IMG/VR virus record: IMGVR_UViG_3300044693_000261
Coordinates: 1 to 64,000 of that record
Length of the DNA stretch: 64,000 bases
Reading direction: 5' to 3' (one strand)
Origin: a virus
Lineage: Duplodnaviria > Caudoviricetes
Both the position numbers and the translations under genes were made by a program. The notes beneath the pieces are model-generated. The model did no database searches. It saw nothing but the letters and a program-made list of their open reading frames with translations, and was not told where the DNA came from. Below are positions 16,784 through 26,855 of the stretch, piece by piece. Each line of letters opens with the position of its first letter. Position 1 is the stretch's first letter.

Positions 16784-18394
16784 TCAGGCGATGATGCGCG
16801 ACTCGCCGCCGCCCTTGATCGACAGCTCGGGCATGAGCTGCACGCTCGCCCACACTCCGGCGTCCAGCGGGTCCGGCGACTCCTCCGCGCCCGGAACCCA
16901 CCCGGTCCAACAGTCCTCGTACTCGGGGAACGCGCCCACGCAGTGCACGCGGCCCTGCTCCCACACGCCGGCGACCGGCTCGGCGCGGGTGAGCTTGCCG
17001 CGCGCCGCCCACACGCCGATGATGCGCGGCACCCGCAGGCCCTCGGCCCTGGCGACCATCCGCACCATCGTGGTGACCAGCTCGCCGCCGTTGTTGGTCT
17101 CGGCGGCGATGGCGTCCGCGCCCCACTCCTCGGCGACCTCCAGCGCGCGCCGCGCCCAATGCTCCGGTGTGCCGCGCACGGTGGCGTCCTCCAGCACGTA
17201 GAGGTGGTCGCCGCGCACGATGCCCGGCATGCCCTTGGGCGCAGGCCCGATGCCGACCACGACGATGCCGCAGCGGTCGCTGGTCTTCTTCGAGGTGACG
17301 GCCGGGTCGACGCCGACGACGATGCGCCGCAGCACCGGCACCACGTCGGCGACGCGGATGCGGGTGGCCTCGACCAGCGCCGAGGACACCAGCGCGCCGT
17401 CGACGTCGTCCAGCAGCTCGCCGTCAAGTTCCTGGCGGCCGGTCTTGGTGCCCTTGTACCGCTTGTAGATGGCCTCCACGAACCGGGCCGACAGGTTCGC
17501 GAGGTTGTCAGCGGTGCGCCCCCGGGTGACGACGACATCCGGGTCGCCGTCCTCGGCGCGGCGCAGCAGCTCCTTCAGGACCGGATTGCCGCGCCTGGGT
17601 GTGGTGGTAATGATGAACCGGGGCTGGCGGCCCTTGCGGACCGCCGGCAGCAGCGACTCGTCCCAGAGTTCCTGGATGTTCGGGTAGCTGGCCAGCTCAT
17701 CCAGCCACGCGGCGCGGAAGTTGTAGCCGCGCAGCCGGTCCGGGGTGTCGGCCGAGGCCAGCACGATGCGGCTGCCGCCCCGTACGTAGATGACGTAGTC
17801 GCTCTTGTTGTAGTTGAGCAGGTCGTCACCCAGGGCCGCGAGCAGGCCCGACTCCGGTTCCTCAACGCAGATTTTCCTTGCGTCGCCGAAGGTGGGCGCG
17901 ACCAGCGCGTAGTCGCCCGGCTCATTCACCGCCCATTCGGCCAAGACGTTCGCGCCGGTCCAGGTCTTGCCGAAGCCTCGGCCGGCGAGGATGAGCCAGA
18001 ACATCCACGTGACGCCCGCCGGCGGCAGCTGTGCCGCGCGGGCGCGGCGTCGCCAGGCGCGCGGCAGCGGCGGCTCCAGCTCGCGCAGCGCGCACAGCAC
18101 CGGATCGTCCGGCGCGATGTAGCCGGGGGTGCCGGCCAAGCCGAGCGCCGACCAGTCGACGCCGTCCAGGGTCTTGCCGGGCGTGGCCCCCAGGATCGCC
18201 TCGACCAGGTCGTCGAACGGGTCGACGGCGCGCAGGCTCGCGGCCAGGTCGGCGACGACGGCCGGATCAGCGCCCGCGTTCGCGTACGCGCCGACGCCGG
18301 CGGTCGCGGCGGACAGGCGCGCGGCGTCCTCGCCGACCTGGCGTAGGAAGGCGGCCCGCTCGGCGGCGTCGACGGGGTCGAGGTCGTCTGGCAC
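16784..18394 (-). CDS. terL: terminase large subunit
   Basis: AGRGFGKT Walker A, LRGYNFRAAWLDE Walker B, ITTTP, GRQELDGE, VGVDPA, ETNNGG, SPDPLDA. Confidence 0.95.
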   Translation of the reverse strand: MPDDLDPVDAAERAAFLRQVGEDAARLSAATAGVGAYANAGADPAVVADLAASLRAVDPFDDLVEAILGATPGKTLDGVDWSALGLAGTPGYIAPDDPVLCALRELEPPLPRAWRRRARAAQLPPAGVTWMFWLILAGRGFGKTWTGANVLAEWAVNEPGDYALVAPTFGDARKICVEEPESGLLAALGDDLLNYNKSDYVIYVRGGSRIVLASADTPDRLRGYNFRAAWLDELASYPNIQELWDESLLPAVRKGRQPRFIITTTPRRGNPVLKELLRRAEDGDPDVVVTRGRTADNLANLSARFVEAIYKRYKGTKTGRQELDGELLDDVDGALVSSALVEATRIRVADVVPVLRRIVVGVDPAVTSKKTSDRCGIVVVGIGPAPKGMPGIVRGDHLYVLEDATVRGTPEHWARRALEVAEEWGADAIAAETNNGGELVTTMVRMVARAEGLRVPRIIGVWAARGKLTRAEPVAGVWEQGRVHCVGAFPEYEDCWTGWVPGAEESPDPLDAGVWASVQLMPELSIKGGGESRIIA

Positions 18395-18596
18395 AGCGCC
18401 AGGCTAGGTCGGCGGCCATGCTTGCCGTGTGCGCCGCGCTGATCACTGGCGCTGTGGCCCCAGCCGCACGTAGCCGCCGATGAGCAGGCCGAGCGCGAAC
18501 ACCGCGAGGAACAGCAGCAGGTTGGCCATGGTGCGAACGTAGAAGCGCCCGGCGGCCGCCGAGGGGCGACGCGCCGGGCGCGGTGGAGCGGACGTT

Positions 18597-19046
18597 TCAG
18601 ACAGCGGCCTCGACCACCTCGGGCAGCGGCACCATGACGCCGTCGTCGCCGATGTGCCGCAGGGTGTCGCGGCGCACGCGGAACGCGCGGTGCGCGGTGG
18701 TGTAGATCAGCGCCTGCTCGGGGTCGCTGCCGTACTCGGCGAACCGTCCCGCGACCGGGTCAGTGCCGTAGCCCACCGGCACCCCGGCGACGAGGTCACC
18801 CGGCGCGAATGTGCCGGTGCGGCGGCGCTGCTCCAGCATGAGGCGGTCGCCGTGGGCGAGCGCGGCCATGCCGGCCAGCTGGGTCGCGGCCAGCGCGATG
18901 CGCTGAAGCACGCCGGCGTCACGCACGCACTTCAGCTTCAGCTCGGCCTCACTGAAGTCCCAGTTGCCCTCGGAGTCGCGCCACGCGCCAGGCTCCAGCG
19001 CGGCCAACACCTCGGCGAACACCTCGGCGGGGGTCGCGTTTTTCAT
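18597..19046 (-). CDS. hypothetical protein
   Basis: GAGGAG RBS, coupled operon. Confidence 0.6.
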   Translation of the reverse strand: MKNATPAEVFAEVLAALEPGAWRDSEGNWDFSEAELKLKCVRDAGVLQRIALAATQLAGMAALAHGDRLMLEQRRRTGTFAPGDLVAGVPVGYGTDPVAGRFAEYGSDPEQALIYTTAHRAFRVRRDTLRHIGDDGVMVPLPEVVEAAV

Positions 19047-19270
19047 GATCCACTCTCCTCTCGCGCAGCGGTCAGCCGCTTCTCGCGCCGCATGTTGCGA
19101 CAGAGGTTGGCCAGCACTCCGGCCACGTCGGCCAACTCGCTCAGCTCGGCGGCCGAGCAGTCGGCGAGGATGGCCCGCGCCTCGGCGTAGGTGTCGTCGT
19201 CGGTGTTGAGGCTGTGCTGCACCGACAGGAACGCCTCGGTTTCCTGCCAGGCGGTGCCGTAGCCGCTCAC
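19043..19270 (-). CDS. hypothetical protein
   Basis: GTGA overlap, GGAGG RBS. Confidence 0.55.
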   Translation of the reverse strand: MSGYGTAWQETEAFLSVQHSLNTDDDTYAEARAILADCSAAELSELADVAGVLANLCRNMRREKRLTAAREESGS

Positions 19271-19707
19271 CGGTTGGCCTCCTCGTCCAACCCGGCCAGC
19301 AGGATCAGCGCGCCGACACGGCTGATACGCGGGCCGTGGGTGCCGCCGAGGCCGCGCCGGGCACGCCACTGATCGGCGGTCCGCTCGATCGTGCCGATGC
19401 ACCGGCCGTGGAGGTGGACGGCGTGGACCTCGTCGGCCCAGTCGGCGTCGGTCTGGCGCGTCAGCATGTAGGTCGACCCGTCAGCGGTGCGCACGTACTC
19501 CGGTTCGACGGGCGGCGGCAGGGTCGGCAGGGTGTCCGCGCCACCCCGGCGCGGAGCCTGGGCGGCGGAGATGGCGTCCAGGAAGTCGTCAAGGACGGCG
19601 CGCACCGCGCTGGCGGGGACGCCGTGCGCGGACAGCACCTCGTAGTCCTCGCCGTTGAGCACGTCGGCGATGTCGGTGGCCAGCATGTCCAGGTCGACGC
19701 GCTTCAC
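19267..19707 (-). CDS. hypothetical protein
   Basis: GTGA overlap, AAGGAGG RBS. Confidence 0.6.
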   Translation of the reverse strand: MKRVDLDMLATDIADVLNGEDYEVLSAHGVPASAVRAVLDDFLDAISAAQAPRRGGADTLPTLPPPVEPEYVRTADGSTYMLTRQTDADWADEVHAVHLHGRCIGTIERTADQWRARRGLGGTHGPRISRVGALILLAGLDEEANR

Positions 19708-19904
19708 CGCTGGGCCTCCTTCGTGGGCAGGTCGGCGACGATCCCGATGGGCTCGACGCCGGTGATGGTGGTGGCCACGCCGCAGCCGACCTCGGGGCAG
19801 GTGATGCTCTGGCCCACCTCGAAGTCGCCGCGCAGGATGCCGAAGTCGCCGCACCCCAGCCGCAGCATCGCCGCCGGCTCGCTGGTGATCTTCGTGTCGG
19901 TCAT
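19704..19904 (-). CDS. small hypothetical protein
   Basis: Promoter motif and GAGGAG RBS upstream. Confidence 0.6.
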   Translation of the reverse strand: MTDTKITSEPAAMLRLGCGDFGILRGDFEVGQSITCPEVGCGVATTITGVEPIGIVADLPTKEAQR

Positions 19905-20038
19905 GTCGCTCTCCTCGGTCTCGCGGAACACCTCAAGCATAGCCGTTCGGCCAGCGCTGACGATACCCCAAACGGTGGAACATGGCGAAGGGGCCACCCC
20001 CCCAGGTGTGGCCCCTTCGCCCTACCTCGTCGCGCTGA

Positions 20039-20752
20039 TCAGCGGCGCGGCACCACGGCGTCCGCATGCTGGCTGCGCAGCACCTTCCATGTCGCCACCG
20101 TGAAGCAGAACGACCCCTTGTTGCCCCAGCCGTCACCCCAGCTGTTGTCGGCGTGCAGCACCCACTGGTCCTGACTGCCGCCGGACACCTCCAGGCCACG
20201 CAGCACGAACTCGTGACCGCCCCGGATCGCGCCGGTCGGCCGCACGATCGCCTCGCTGCCCTCGGGCTTGTCGAAACCGCTGTACCACGGCACTCCGACG
20301 ATCACCGGCCCGGTCTGGAGCGCGTGCAGCAGTCCGGTCACGGTGAACGCCCAGCCGTATGAGCCGATCAGACCCTCGGCCTGCGCCTCCTTTGCGACGG
20401 CCAGGCCGGTCGAGCCGGTGTCGACCGGCGGGTAGCTGCCGGCGACCGAGTCGCGCCGGGTCGCGCCGCTGTAGAGCTTCACGGCCAGCGTCTCGTCGAA
20501 CTTCGCGCCATCGGCGGCGTCCGCGCACAGTGGGGCGCAGGCGAGCGCGCCGGCCATGGCGTTGCCGGTGCAGCTGCCGAGGTCGCCCTGATCGAGGATG
20601 GGGCTGTACCGCTCATGCATCACCGACTGGAAGGTCGCGCCCTCGGGTGCCTCGACCGCGTAGTCGCGGCTGCGCGGATCGTGCGCGATGTGCCGGCCGA
20701 GCCGGCGCGCGTGCGGGTCGGTCTCGATGATGTGCGCGTAGAAGGTGCTCAT
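20039..20752 (-). CDS. papain-like C1 cysteine peptidase
   Basis: DQGDLGSCTGNA (Q/C), GGHEF (H), DNSWGDGWGNKG (N). Confidence 0.88.
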   Translation of the reverse strand: MSTFYAHIIETDPHARRLGRHIAHDPRSRDYAVEAPEGATFQSVMHERYSPILDQGDLGSCTGNAMAGALACAPLCADAADGAKFDETLAVKLYSGATRRDSVAGSYPPVDTGSTGLAVAKEAQAEGLIGSYGWAFTVTGLLHALQTGPVIVGVPWYSGFDKPEGSEAIVRPTGAIRGGHEFVLRGLEVSGGSQDQWVLHADNSWGDGWGNKGSFCFTVATWKVLRSQHADAVVPRR

Positions 20753-20851
20753 GCCGCTAGGCTCACATCGGCGCTGCGGTGGGGGCCGACGCCACGCCGG
20801 ACCAGCGCGCACGGCGGCGGCGCTGGTCCGGCGTTTTGGTCATTCGGGACG

Positions 20852-21259
20852 TCAGGCCGTCCAGTAGTCGCGGTCGGTGACCCAGCCGACCTCGGCGAGC
20901 AGCTGCTGCCAGGTGGCGGTCCACAGCGGCTTGCCGTACCAGGTCTTGTTCGTCCAGCCGTAGACGATGCTGCGCCACGCGGTGCGCTGCCACAGGCCGC
21001 CGACGCGCACGTAGCGTTCGTCGCTCGCCCGCCAGACGACGTCACGGTCCGGCTCCTCGTCGCCGGGCAGCCACACGGTCGCGTCGACCGGCATGCCGGT
21101 GACGGCCGTGAACTCCTCGGCGTGGCGCTCCAGCAGCCGCTGCACGGCGGCCGCCTGCCACTGGGGTACCGACCAGCCGTCCTCGCGCGGCAGGTACGCA
21201 CCGGGGGCGGTGAGTGCTCGCAACAGAGTCCTCTCGTCGAGCATGCCACCCTCGCTCAT
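20852..21259 (-). CDS. hypothetical Trp-rich protein
   Basis: ATGA overlap with the upstream ORF. Confidence 0.55.
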   Translation of the reverse strand: MSEGGMLDERTLLRALTAPGAYLPREDGWSVPQWQAAAVQRLLERHAEEFTAVTGMPVDATVWLPGDEEPDRDVVWRASDERYVRVGGLWQRTAWRSIVYGWTNKTWYGKPLWTATWQQLLAEVGWVTDRDYWTA

Positions 21260-21459
21260 CGCGACCACCCGACCAGCCGCGCCGCGCCAACGATGGCCTG
21301 AACGACGGGCATCAGGACGTCGTCGCGCAGGAACGCGACCGCCGCCGGCGCGTACGGCCACAGCATGAGGCCGATGAACGCCACGGTGACGATCCCGCCC
21401 ACCCAGCTCAGGACCGTGAGCCACAGCGGCTCGCGGTTGGTCTCGTTCTCGGTTTCCAT
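21256..21459 (-). CDS. small membrane protein
   Basis: One TM segment; promoter motif and RBS upstream. Confidence 0.6.
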   Translation of the reverse strand: METENETNREPLWLTVLSWVGGIVTVAFIGLMLWPYAPAAVAFLRDDVLMPVVQAIVGAARLVGWSR

Positions 21460-21581
21460 CGCTTCCCTCTCTCGTGTGCGGAACGGCTCAAGCATAGCCG
21501 GCGAACTCGTCGACGCAACCCCTTGACCCAAACTCGCGTCGTTGGCTATCTTTGACGTGTTCCGCGACGAGGGAGAACACG

Positions 21582-22460
21582 ATGGACCTGCTGGAGATCC
21601 AGACCGCCACCCCGGCCGAGATCGACACCCACTACGCGCCCATCTGGGCCGAGTACCTGCGCGCATTGCAGGACCGCCGGCGCGCCGAGGGCGTCATCCT
21701 GCGAAGCAAGCAGAACGTCGCCCGCGTCGCCGTCGCTGGCCGCCGCGCCACCGTCAGCGCCGGCGAGGTCTCGCAGGCGCGCCGGACCGTCGAGCGCGCC
21801 GAGGCCGTGATCGCCAAGCTGGGCCAGCACATCGACCGCTACAACACCGAGTGGAGCACCCGGGGCGGCTGGCCGCAGGTGTGGCTGTGCACCTCGTCCG
21901 ACAACGGCCACTACCACCGGGGCAAGCACTGCGGGTCGCTGCGCTGGGACAGCGAGATCGGCCTGATCCCGATGTTCTCCGGCCTGACCGAGGACGAGAT
22001 CGTCGAGGCGATCGGCTCGGATGCCTGCACCCGCTGCTACCCGTCCGCGCCGGTCGACAAGCCGAGCACCCGAGGGCCGCTGTTCGAGTCGCGCGCCGCC
22101 GAGGCCGAGGCGAAGGCCAAGCGTGACGCCGAGCTGACCGCCAAGCGCGCGAAGGCGGCCGCGAAGGCCATCACCGCGCCGGACGGCTCGCCGCTGCGCG
22201 ACGAGTTCGGCGGCGAGATCAGGACCGAGCGAACCGCGCAGATGTACTACGTGGAAGCCGCCGCTGACGCGATCACGTGGGCCGACCCGCGCACGATCGA
22301 GCAGTACCCGCAGAACTGGGCGGCCAACTCGGCCCGCGCCGCCGAGTACTCGCTGCGGCTGCTGGCCGCGCTGGCGCACAAGAACAACGAGACCCGCAAT
22401 CAGGCGCAGGCCCGACTGGAGTCGAAGGTCCAGGCCAAGGTGCGCGCGTACTGGAAGTGA
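21582..22460 (+). CDS. hypothetical protein (HYHRGKHC...ACTRCYPSAP metal-binding motif)
   Basis: Full promoter motif and GAGGGAG RBS. Confidence 0.75.
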   Translation: MDLLEIQTATPAEIDTHYAPIWAEYLRALQDRRRAEGVILRSKQNVARVAVAGRRATVSAGEVSQARRTVERAEAVIAKLGQHIDRYNTEWSTRGGWPQVWLCTSSDNGHYHRGKHCGSLRWDSEIGLIPMFSGLTEDEIVEAIGSDACTRCYPSAPVDKPSTRGPLFESRAAEAEAKAKRDAELTAKRAKAAAKAITAPDGSPLRDEFGGEIRTERTAQMYYVEAAADAITWADPRTIEQYPQNWAANSARAAEYSLRLLAALAHKNNETRNQAQARLESKVQAKVRAYWK

Positions 22461-22597
22461 CCGACCGGCCGCCGGCGACCTCGGAGTCGCCGGCGGCTAT
22501 GCTTGCCGCGTTCCACAGAGAGAGGTGAACCCATGCAGATCAACAAGCCGGCCGACGACGAGGTGGGCGAGGCTTCCTGGCCGACTGAGGTCACGCC

Positions 22598-22915
22598 GTG
22601 AATCTGACGACGCGTGACGTCGAGTTCACCGCGCCGGTGGACCCGAACGACCGAGCTGGCTGGATGCGGGCAGCAGTGTCCGGCGGCATGGCGATCGGCT
22701 ACGAGGTTGAGGCCGTCTACCGGCGCAGCACGCTGGGCGGTCGCAGCGTCTGGTACCTGCGCGAGGTGCGTATGCGTAGCCTCGCGCGCGGCAACGGCGG
22801 TTTCGCGTCGCTGGCGTGGTACGCCGGCGGGGAGGGGCTGGACAGTATGCACGCCGCGCCCAAGTGGATCATCGACTGGGCGGTCAGCCTCAAGCCGTCC
22901 GCTGACCTGCCGTGA
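22598..22915 (+). CDS. hypothetical protein
   Basis: ORF with GAGG RBS in a coupled cluster. Confidence 0.55.
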   Translation: MNLTTRDVEFTAPVDPNDRAGWMRAAVSGGMAIGYEVEAVYRRSTLGGRSVWYLREVRMRSLARGNGGFASLAWYAGGEGLDSMHAAPKWIIDWAVSLKPSADLP

Positions 22916-23250
22916 TCGAGTACAGCGGACGGCGCGCCGTCCAGACCATCACCGTCACCGTGACCGCCGGCGTGCTCGGGGCCGAGCCCTACGTGTTCGA
23001 CCTGGCCGACCCGAGCTCGCCGAACGTGCTGCCCGACGAGATCGAGGTGACCTACGTCAGCGTCGACGCCGGGCCGTGGATTGCGCTGTCGGTGATGGTG
23101 CTCGGCGCGATGCTGAACGCGCACGGCAACGCCACCACGCAGCGCGTGCGGACCCGCTTCCACCTGCACCTGCCGCACAACCACCGCCACCACCGCACGC
23201 CGCCCGACTGGGTACGCGACTTCCTGCACGCCAACATGCCGCCGAGGTGA
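22912..23250 (+). CDS. hypothetical protein
   Basis: GTGA overlap; followed by hairpin 23265-23302. Confidence 0.55.
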   Translation: MIEYSGRRAVQTITVTVTAGVLGAEPYVFDLADPSSPNVLPDEIEVTYVSVDAGPWIALSVMVLGAMLNAHGNATTQRVRTRFHLHLPHNHRHHRTPPDWVRDFLHANMPPR

Positions 23251-23315
23251 CCGAGGCACGCACGAGAGCGCCCCGCCGGTGAGGATCCGGCGGGGCGCTC
23301 TCGGTGTGCGGCGCG

Positions 23316-23852
23316 TCAGGCCGAGGGGGTCTGCGGGCGCGGGTCGGACTCGGTGACCGAGACGGTGGCGCGGTCGCCGGGCACCACGTCGACGGCGACG
23401 GTGACCGGGGTGACGCCGGGGATCTGCGGGTCGCAGGTCACCACGTACGAGCCGATCTGGTTGGTGCCGGCCACGGTGCACTTGCGCGGGTTGCTCGGGT
23501 CGACCGTGAGGGTCAGCGCGCCGTCGACGTCGACCGACCAGGTCGGGTCGTCGCTGGTGTCGCCGGCCTGGTCGGGCACCTCGACACCCTTGGTGTCGAA
23601 CTCGTCCAGGGTGATGTCGAACTCTTCGGTGTCCTTGATCTGCGGCACTGGTCCGCCTTCCTCTCCGGTGGGTGTGCTGCCCTGCTCGCGCACCACGCTG
23701 TATCTGATCTTCAGGAATGCCGGCCCCACGAGGAACCGGTACAGCATGGTCGCGCCTTTGACCAGGTCAACGTAGTCGACGTGGGGCTTGTCGCGACCGA
23801 ACGACACAGCCATCGCCAGCGCGGTCTCACGCTGCTGGGTGGTGTCCGACAT
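23316..23852 (-). CDS. putative virion accessory protein with an acidic beta-rich (Ig-like) C-terminal domain
   Basis: PTWSVD...LTLTVD..NPRKCTV....GSYVVT; leaderless-type -10 upstream. Confidence 0.6.
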   Translation of the reverse strand: MSDTTQQRETALAMAVSFGRDKPHVDYVDLVKGATMLYRFLVGPAFLKIRYSVVREQGSTPTGEEGGPVPQIKDTEEFDITLDEFDTKGVEVPDQAGDTSDDPTWSVDVDGALTLTVDPSNPRKCTVAGTNQIGSYVVTCDPQIPGVTPVTVAVDVVPGDRATVSVTESDPRPQTPSA

Positions 23853-23959
23853 GGACGCAACGGTAGCCGAGAGCGGCCGGTCGCCGGCGGTACGGCGCGC
23901 CGCCGCTTGACAGGCCGGTTATGCTTGTAGTGTTCCGGTTGAGAGAAGGAGTGGACGCC

Positions 23960-24214
23960 ATGACGCGACAGCTGACCGAGCGCGAGGCCGGCACCGCCGT
24001 GCTGTACCTCGACCTCGACACCCACAACGCCACTCTCGTGCGCGAGACCGGCGACGACTCGATCACCATCACCGGCGTCTACCAGCTGACCGCCGACGAC
24101 GCGGTGTGGGAGGCGACCGGCGGCGAGTACAGCCTGGTCGACTACCTGCACCCCGACCACGGCTGGAAGGCCACCGACACGCCGCGCACCATCTCCCACG
24201 TGCTGGAGCGCTGA
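23960..24214 (+). CDS. hypothetical protein
   Basis: Promoter motif and AAGGAG RBS. Confidence 0.7.
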   Translation: MTRQLTEREAGTAVLYLDLDTHNATLVRETGDDSITITGVYQLTADDAVWEATGGEYSLVDYLHPDHGWKATDTPRTISHVLER

Positions 24215-24215
24215 C

Positions 24216-24389
24216 ATGTCCGAGCCGGCCAAACGCGTGTTCAAGCTGGACGCCACGGGCGGTCTGTACCGGGTCGTCGATGTGACGCCCGGCAGTCCGT
24301 CGGAGATCAACGCTTACATCCGCGACAGCGAGATCGCCCGTCAGGTGCTGGCGCTGGTCGAGGAGCACTACAACGGCGAGGGGCGCTGA
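24216..24389 (+). CDS. small hypothetical protein (57 aa, absent from the ORF track)
   Basis: MSEPAKRVFKLDATGG...; GGAG RBS; fills the gap between neighbours. Confidence 0.6.
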   Translation: MSEPAKRVFKLDATGGLYRVVDVTPGSPSEINAYIRDSEIARQVLALVEEHYNGEGR

Positions 24390-24390
24390 C

Positions 24391-24729
24391 ATGCCTGACC
24401 CGACGCTGGCCGAGCTGCTGGCCGCCGTGCGGTCGACCCGCACCACGCTGCGGCGATTGCAGGGCCACGTACCGACCGATCCCGCCGAGCGGGACATTCG
24501 CGCCGGCCAGTTCGACGACGCGTACCGAACCCACCAGAAAGCCGTGCAGGCGCTGTTTCTGGCGGTCGGACGCGAGCGCGCCGAGCGGCTGTCGCTGGCG
24601 CTGTACCGCGAGCACGAGGGGCTGGACGCCGTGCAGGCCGCCAAGCGGGCGCTGTACCGGGCCCGCGACCTCGCGAAGGCCAGGGCGGCGACCACCGACG
24701 ACATGATCAAGGAGTGGGACCATGCGTGA
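24391..24729 (+). CDS. hypothetical protein
   Basis: Operon context, RBS. Confidence 0.6.
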   Translation: MPDPTLAELLAAVRSTRTTLRRLQGHVPTDPAERDIRAGQFDDAYRTHQKAVQALFLAVGRERAERLSLALYREHEGLDAVQAAKRALYRARDLAKARAATTDDMIKEWDHA

Positions 24730-25282
24730 CCGCGACAACTGCTCGGTGTGTGGCCTCACGCGCCGAGTGCTGAAAGCCGGCGTGATCGGTCAGCACAACT
24801 GCGACACGGGGACTCCGTGCGCCGGCTCCAAGCAGCCGCCGGCCGACTACGCGCCGGTGATCTACGTGGTGCGCGCGTTCGGCGACCTGGTGCGCACGCC
24901 GTCGGGTCGCGGCGGCGACGTGGCGTTCCTGATGGAGTGCTCGCGCGGCGACCTGAAGGGGTTCAACGACGTGTTGCGCGACAAGATCAGGGACTGGAAC
25001 CTCCGCCATTCGATGCGCCTGGAATGCGGCGGCTCGCTGCTCAAGGGCCGCGTGGTGGAGCGGCTGGGCCGCGAGGGCGACGTGTTCGGCGCGTCGCTGT
25101 TCTACTCGGTGCGCGAGGTGCGCGAGACCAACATCCCGCGCGGCCCCTACCTCGGCGGCCCGTTCGCCGGACGGGTGCGCGCGTTGGAGCCGGCCGACCC
25201 GATCGAGGTTAGGCGGATGAGTACCCCGTTGGGCCGGTACGAGCGTGACGGCCAGGCGTGGAAGTGGGTTCCGGCGTCATGA
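24722..25282 (+). CDS. hypothetical protein with an N-terminal Cys/His motif
   Basis: CSVC...H...C; AAGGAG RBS. Confidence 0.6.
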   Translation: MRDRDNCSVCGLTRRVLKAGVIGQHNCDTGTPCAGSKQPPADYAPVIYVVRAFGDLVRTPSGRGGDVAFLMECSRGDLKGFNDVLRDKIRDWNLRHSMRLECGGSLLKGRVVERLGREGDVFGASLFYSVREVRETNIPRGPYLGGPFAGRVRALEPADPIEVRRMSTPLGRYERDGQAWKWVPAS

Positions 25283-26166
25283 GCGGCAAGGCGGCCTACC
25301 TGGACACCCTGATCGCCGAGCTGACGCGAGTGCAGGGCGACCCGCACGCGGCCGACTTCGAGGTGTGGATCGTCGACGGCAAGCGGCTCGCGCCGGCGAC
25401 CGGTGAAGTCCTGGTCGACGAGATCCAGGGCATGATCGGTATCCGCGCCGGCGACGACCCGCTGACCGAGGCCGGAGTGGCCGAGCGGCACCAGCACGAG
25501 ATGCGCCAGTACTACGAGGACATGCGCGTGCTGCTGGAGCGCCACGCCGACTACCGCCGCTGGCTGCGGATCGCGGCCAAGACCTCGGCGCGCAACCTGC
25601 ACGCGGCGCGCAACCGGATCGAGCCGGAGTTGCGGCGCTGCGTCCACCGGATCATGCAGGCTGAAATGCTGTTCGACCGCATGCCGCTGGGCCTGGAGCT
25701 GACCAACGCCATCATGGCGGTCACCAAGGCCCGCGCGGCCGAGATGCGCCAGCATGCCACCGGCCTGCACCCTGCCGGCATCGGCGCGACCACCGCGCGG
25801 GCCACCTCGGCGCGGGCCGATCGCGACCGCGAGGCGGCGGCCGTGACCTACCTGCGGGTGATGCGGGCGACCACCGCGATCCGCATGGCGCTGGCCGAGT
25901 ACCGCCACGCCAGCGCGCCACTGCGATACGGCCTGCGCAAAGGCGAGCTGAACGAGGTGGTGCGCATCGCGTTCGGTCGGCTCGGCTCGGCGTTCGCCCG
26001 GCTGGTCGAGGTCGGCGGCGCACAGCTGGCAGCGCTGGCCCAGCGCGAGCAGCGCCAGCGCTGGCTGACCAAGCCGGGCGAGATACCCGGCCTCGACCCG
26101 CTCGCGCGGACGCGTGAGGCGATCCTGCGCGAGGTGGAACGGCTGGGACGGGAGCGCGCGCGATGA
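25279..26166 (+). CDS. hypothetical helical protein
   Basis: ATGA overlap, high GC3. Confidence 0.65.
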   Translation: MSGKAAYLDTLIAELTRVQGDPHAADFEVWIVDGKRLAPATGEVLVDEIQGMIGIRAGDDPLTEAGVAERHQHEMRQYYEDMRVLLERHADYRRWLRIAAKTSARNLHAARNRIEPELRRCVHRIMQAEMLFDRMPLGLELTNAIMAVTKARAAEMRQHATGLHPAGIGATTARATSARADRDREAAAVTYLRVMRATTAIRMALAEYRHASAPLRYGLRKGELNEVVRIAFGRLGSAFARLVEVGGAQLAALAQREQRQRWLTKPGEIPGLDPLARTREAILREVERLGRERAR

Positions 26167-26855
26167 ACGCCGAGGCCAGCCCCGCCGACCTGGTGCGGAT
26201 GTTCCGCGAGAACGCGGCCGGTCTGCGCGTGCTGCTGGCCAATGTCGAGGGCAAGCTGCCGTCGACGTGGAACGGCAACACGCGCAACGCCATCGAGCTG
26301 CGCCAGTCCCGGCTACTCGACCCGATTCACGAGCTGCGCAAGCGCGGCCACCGTGCGGCGGCCGACGCGCTGCTGGATGAGCACTACCTGCTCACACGCA
26401 AGGACGCCAGCCAGCCGGTGGACGAGGCCGCGCTGCGGCGCTGCCTCGACGAGGTGGCGGTGGCGTTGCAGGACGACCGTCGGCGCGGCTTCGACAAGGC
26501 CGACATCCTCGCCATCGGCGGCAAGCCGTGGGCGAACTGGCGCAGCCGCAACCAGGCCAACCGGATCTACCTGCCGGACTGGCTGTGGATGCCGTGGGCG
26601 GGCCTGGACATCTCCGGCGTCGACGGCAAACCGGACCTGCGCAACTGGGCCACGTGGGGCAAGTGCACGGTGGACGGCCAGCCGGTGGGTCACGTGATCA
26701 TGCAGGAGCTGATGGCGGCGAAGGTGTTCTGGGACAACGGGCTGATCAAGTCGACGGTGGCCGAGGTGTTCACGGCGCAAGGATTCGACGGCGCGCTGCA
26801 TCAGGCTCGGGTGCTAACCGGTATCCGAGGAGCGATCGAGAAGAAGCGAGGTTGA
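26163..26855 (+). CDS. hypothetical protein
   Basis: ATGA overlap; W....NRIYL motif. Confidence 0.65.
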   Translation: MNAEASPADLVRMFRENAAGLRVLLANVEGKLPSTWNGNTRNAIELRQSRLLDPIHELRKRGHRAAADALLDEHYLLTRKDASQPVDEAALRRCLDEVAVALQDDRRRGFDKADILAIGGKPWANWRSRNQANRIYLPDWLWMPWAGLDISGVDGKPDLRNWATWGKCTVDGQPVGHVIMQELMAAKVFWDNGLIKSTVAEVFTAQGFDGALHQARVLTGIRGAIEKKRG

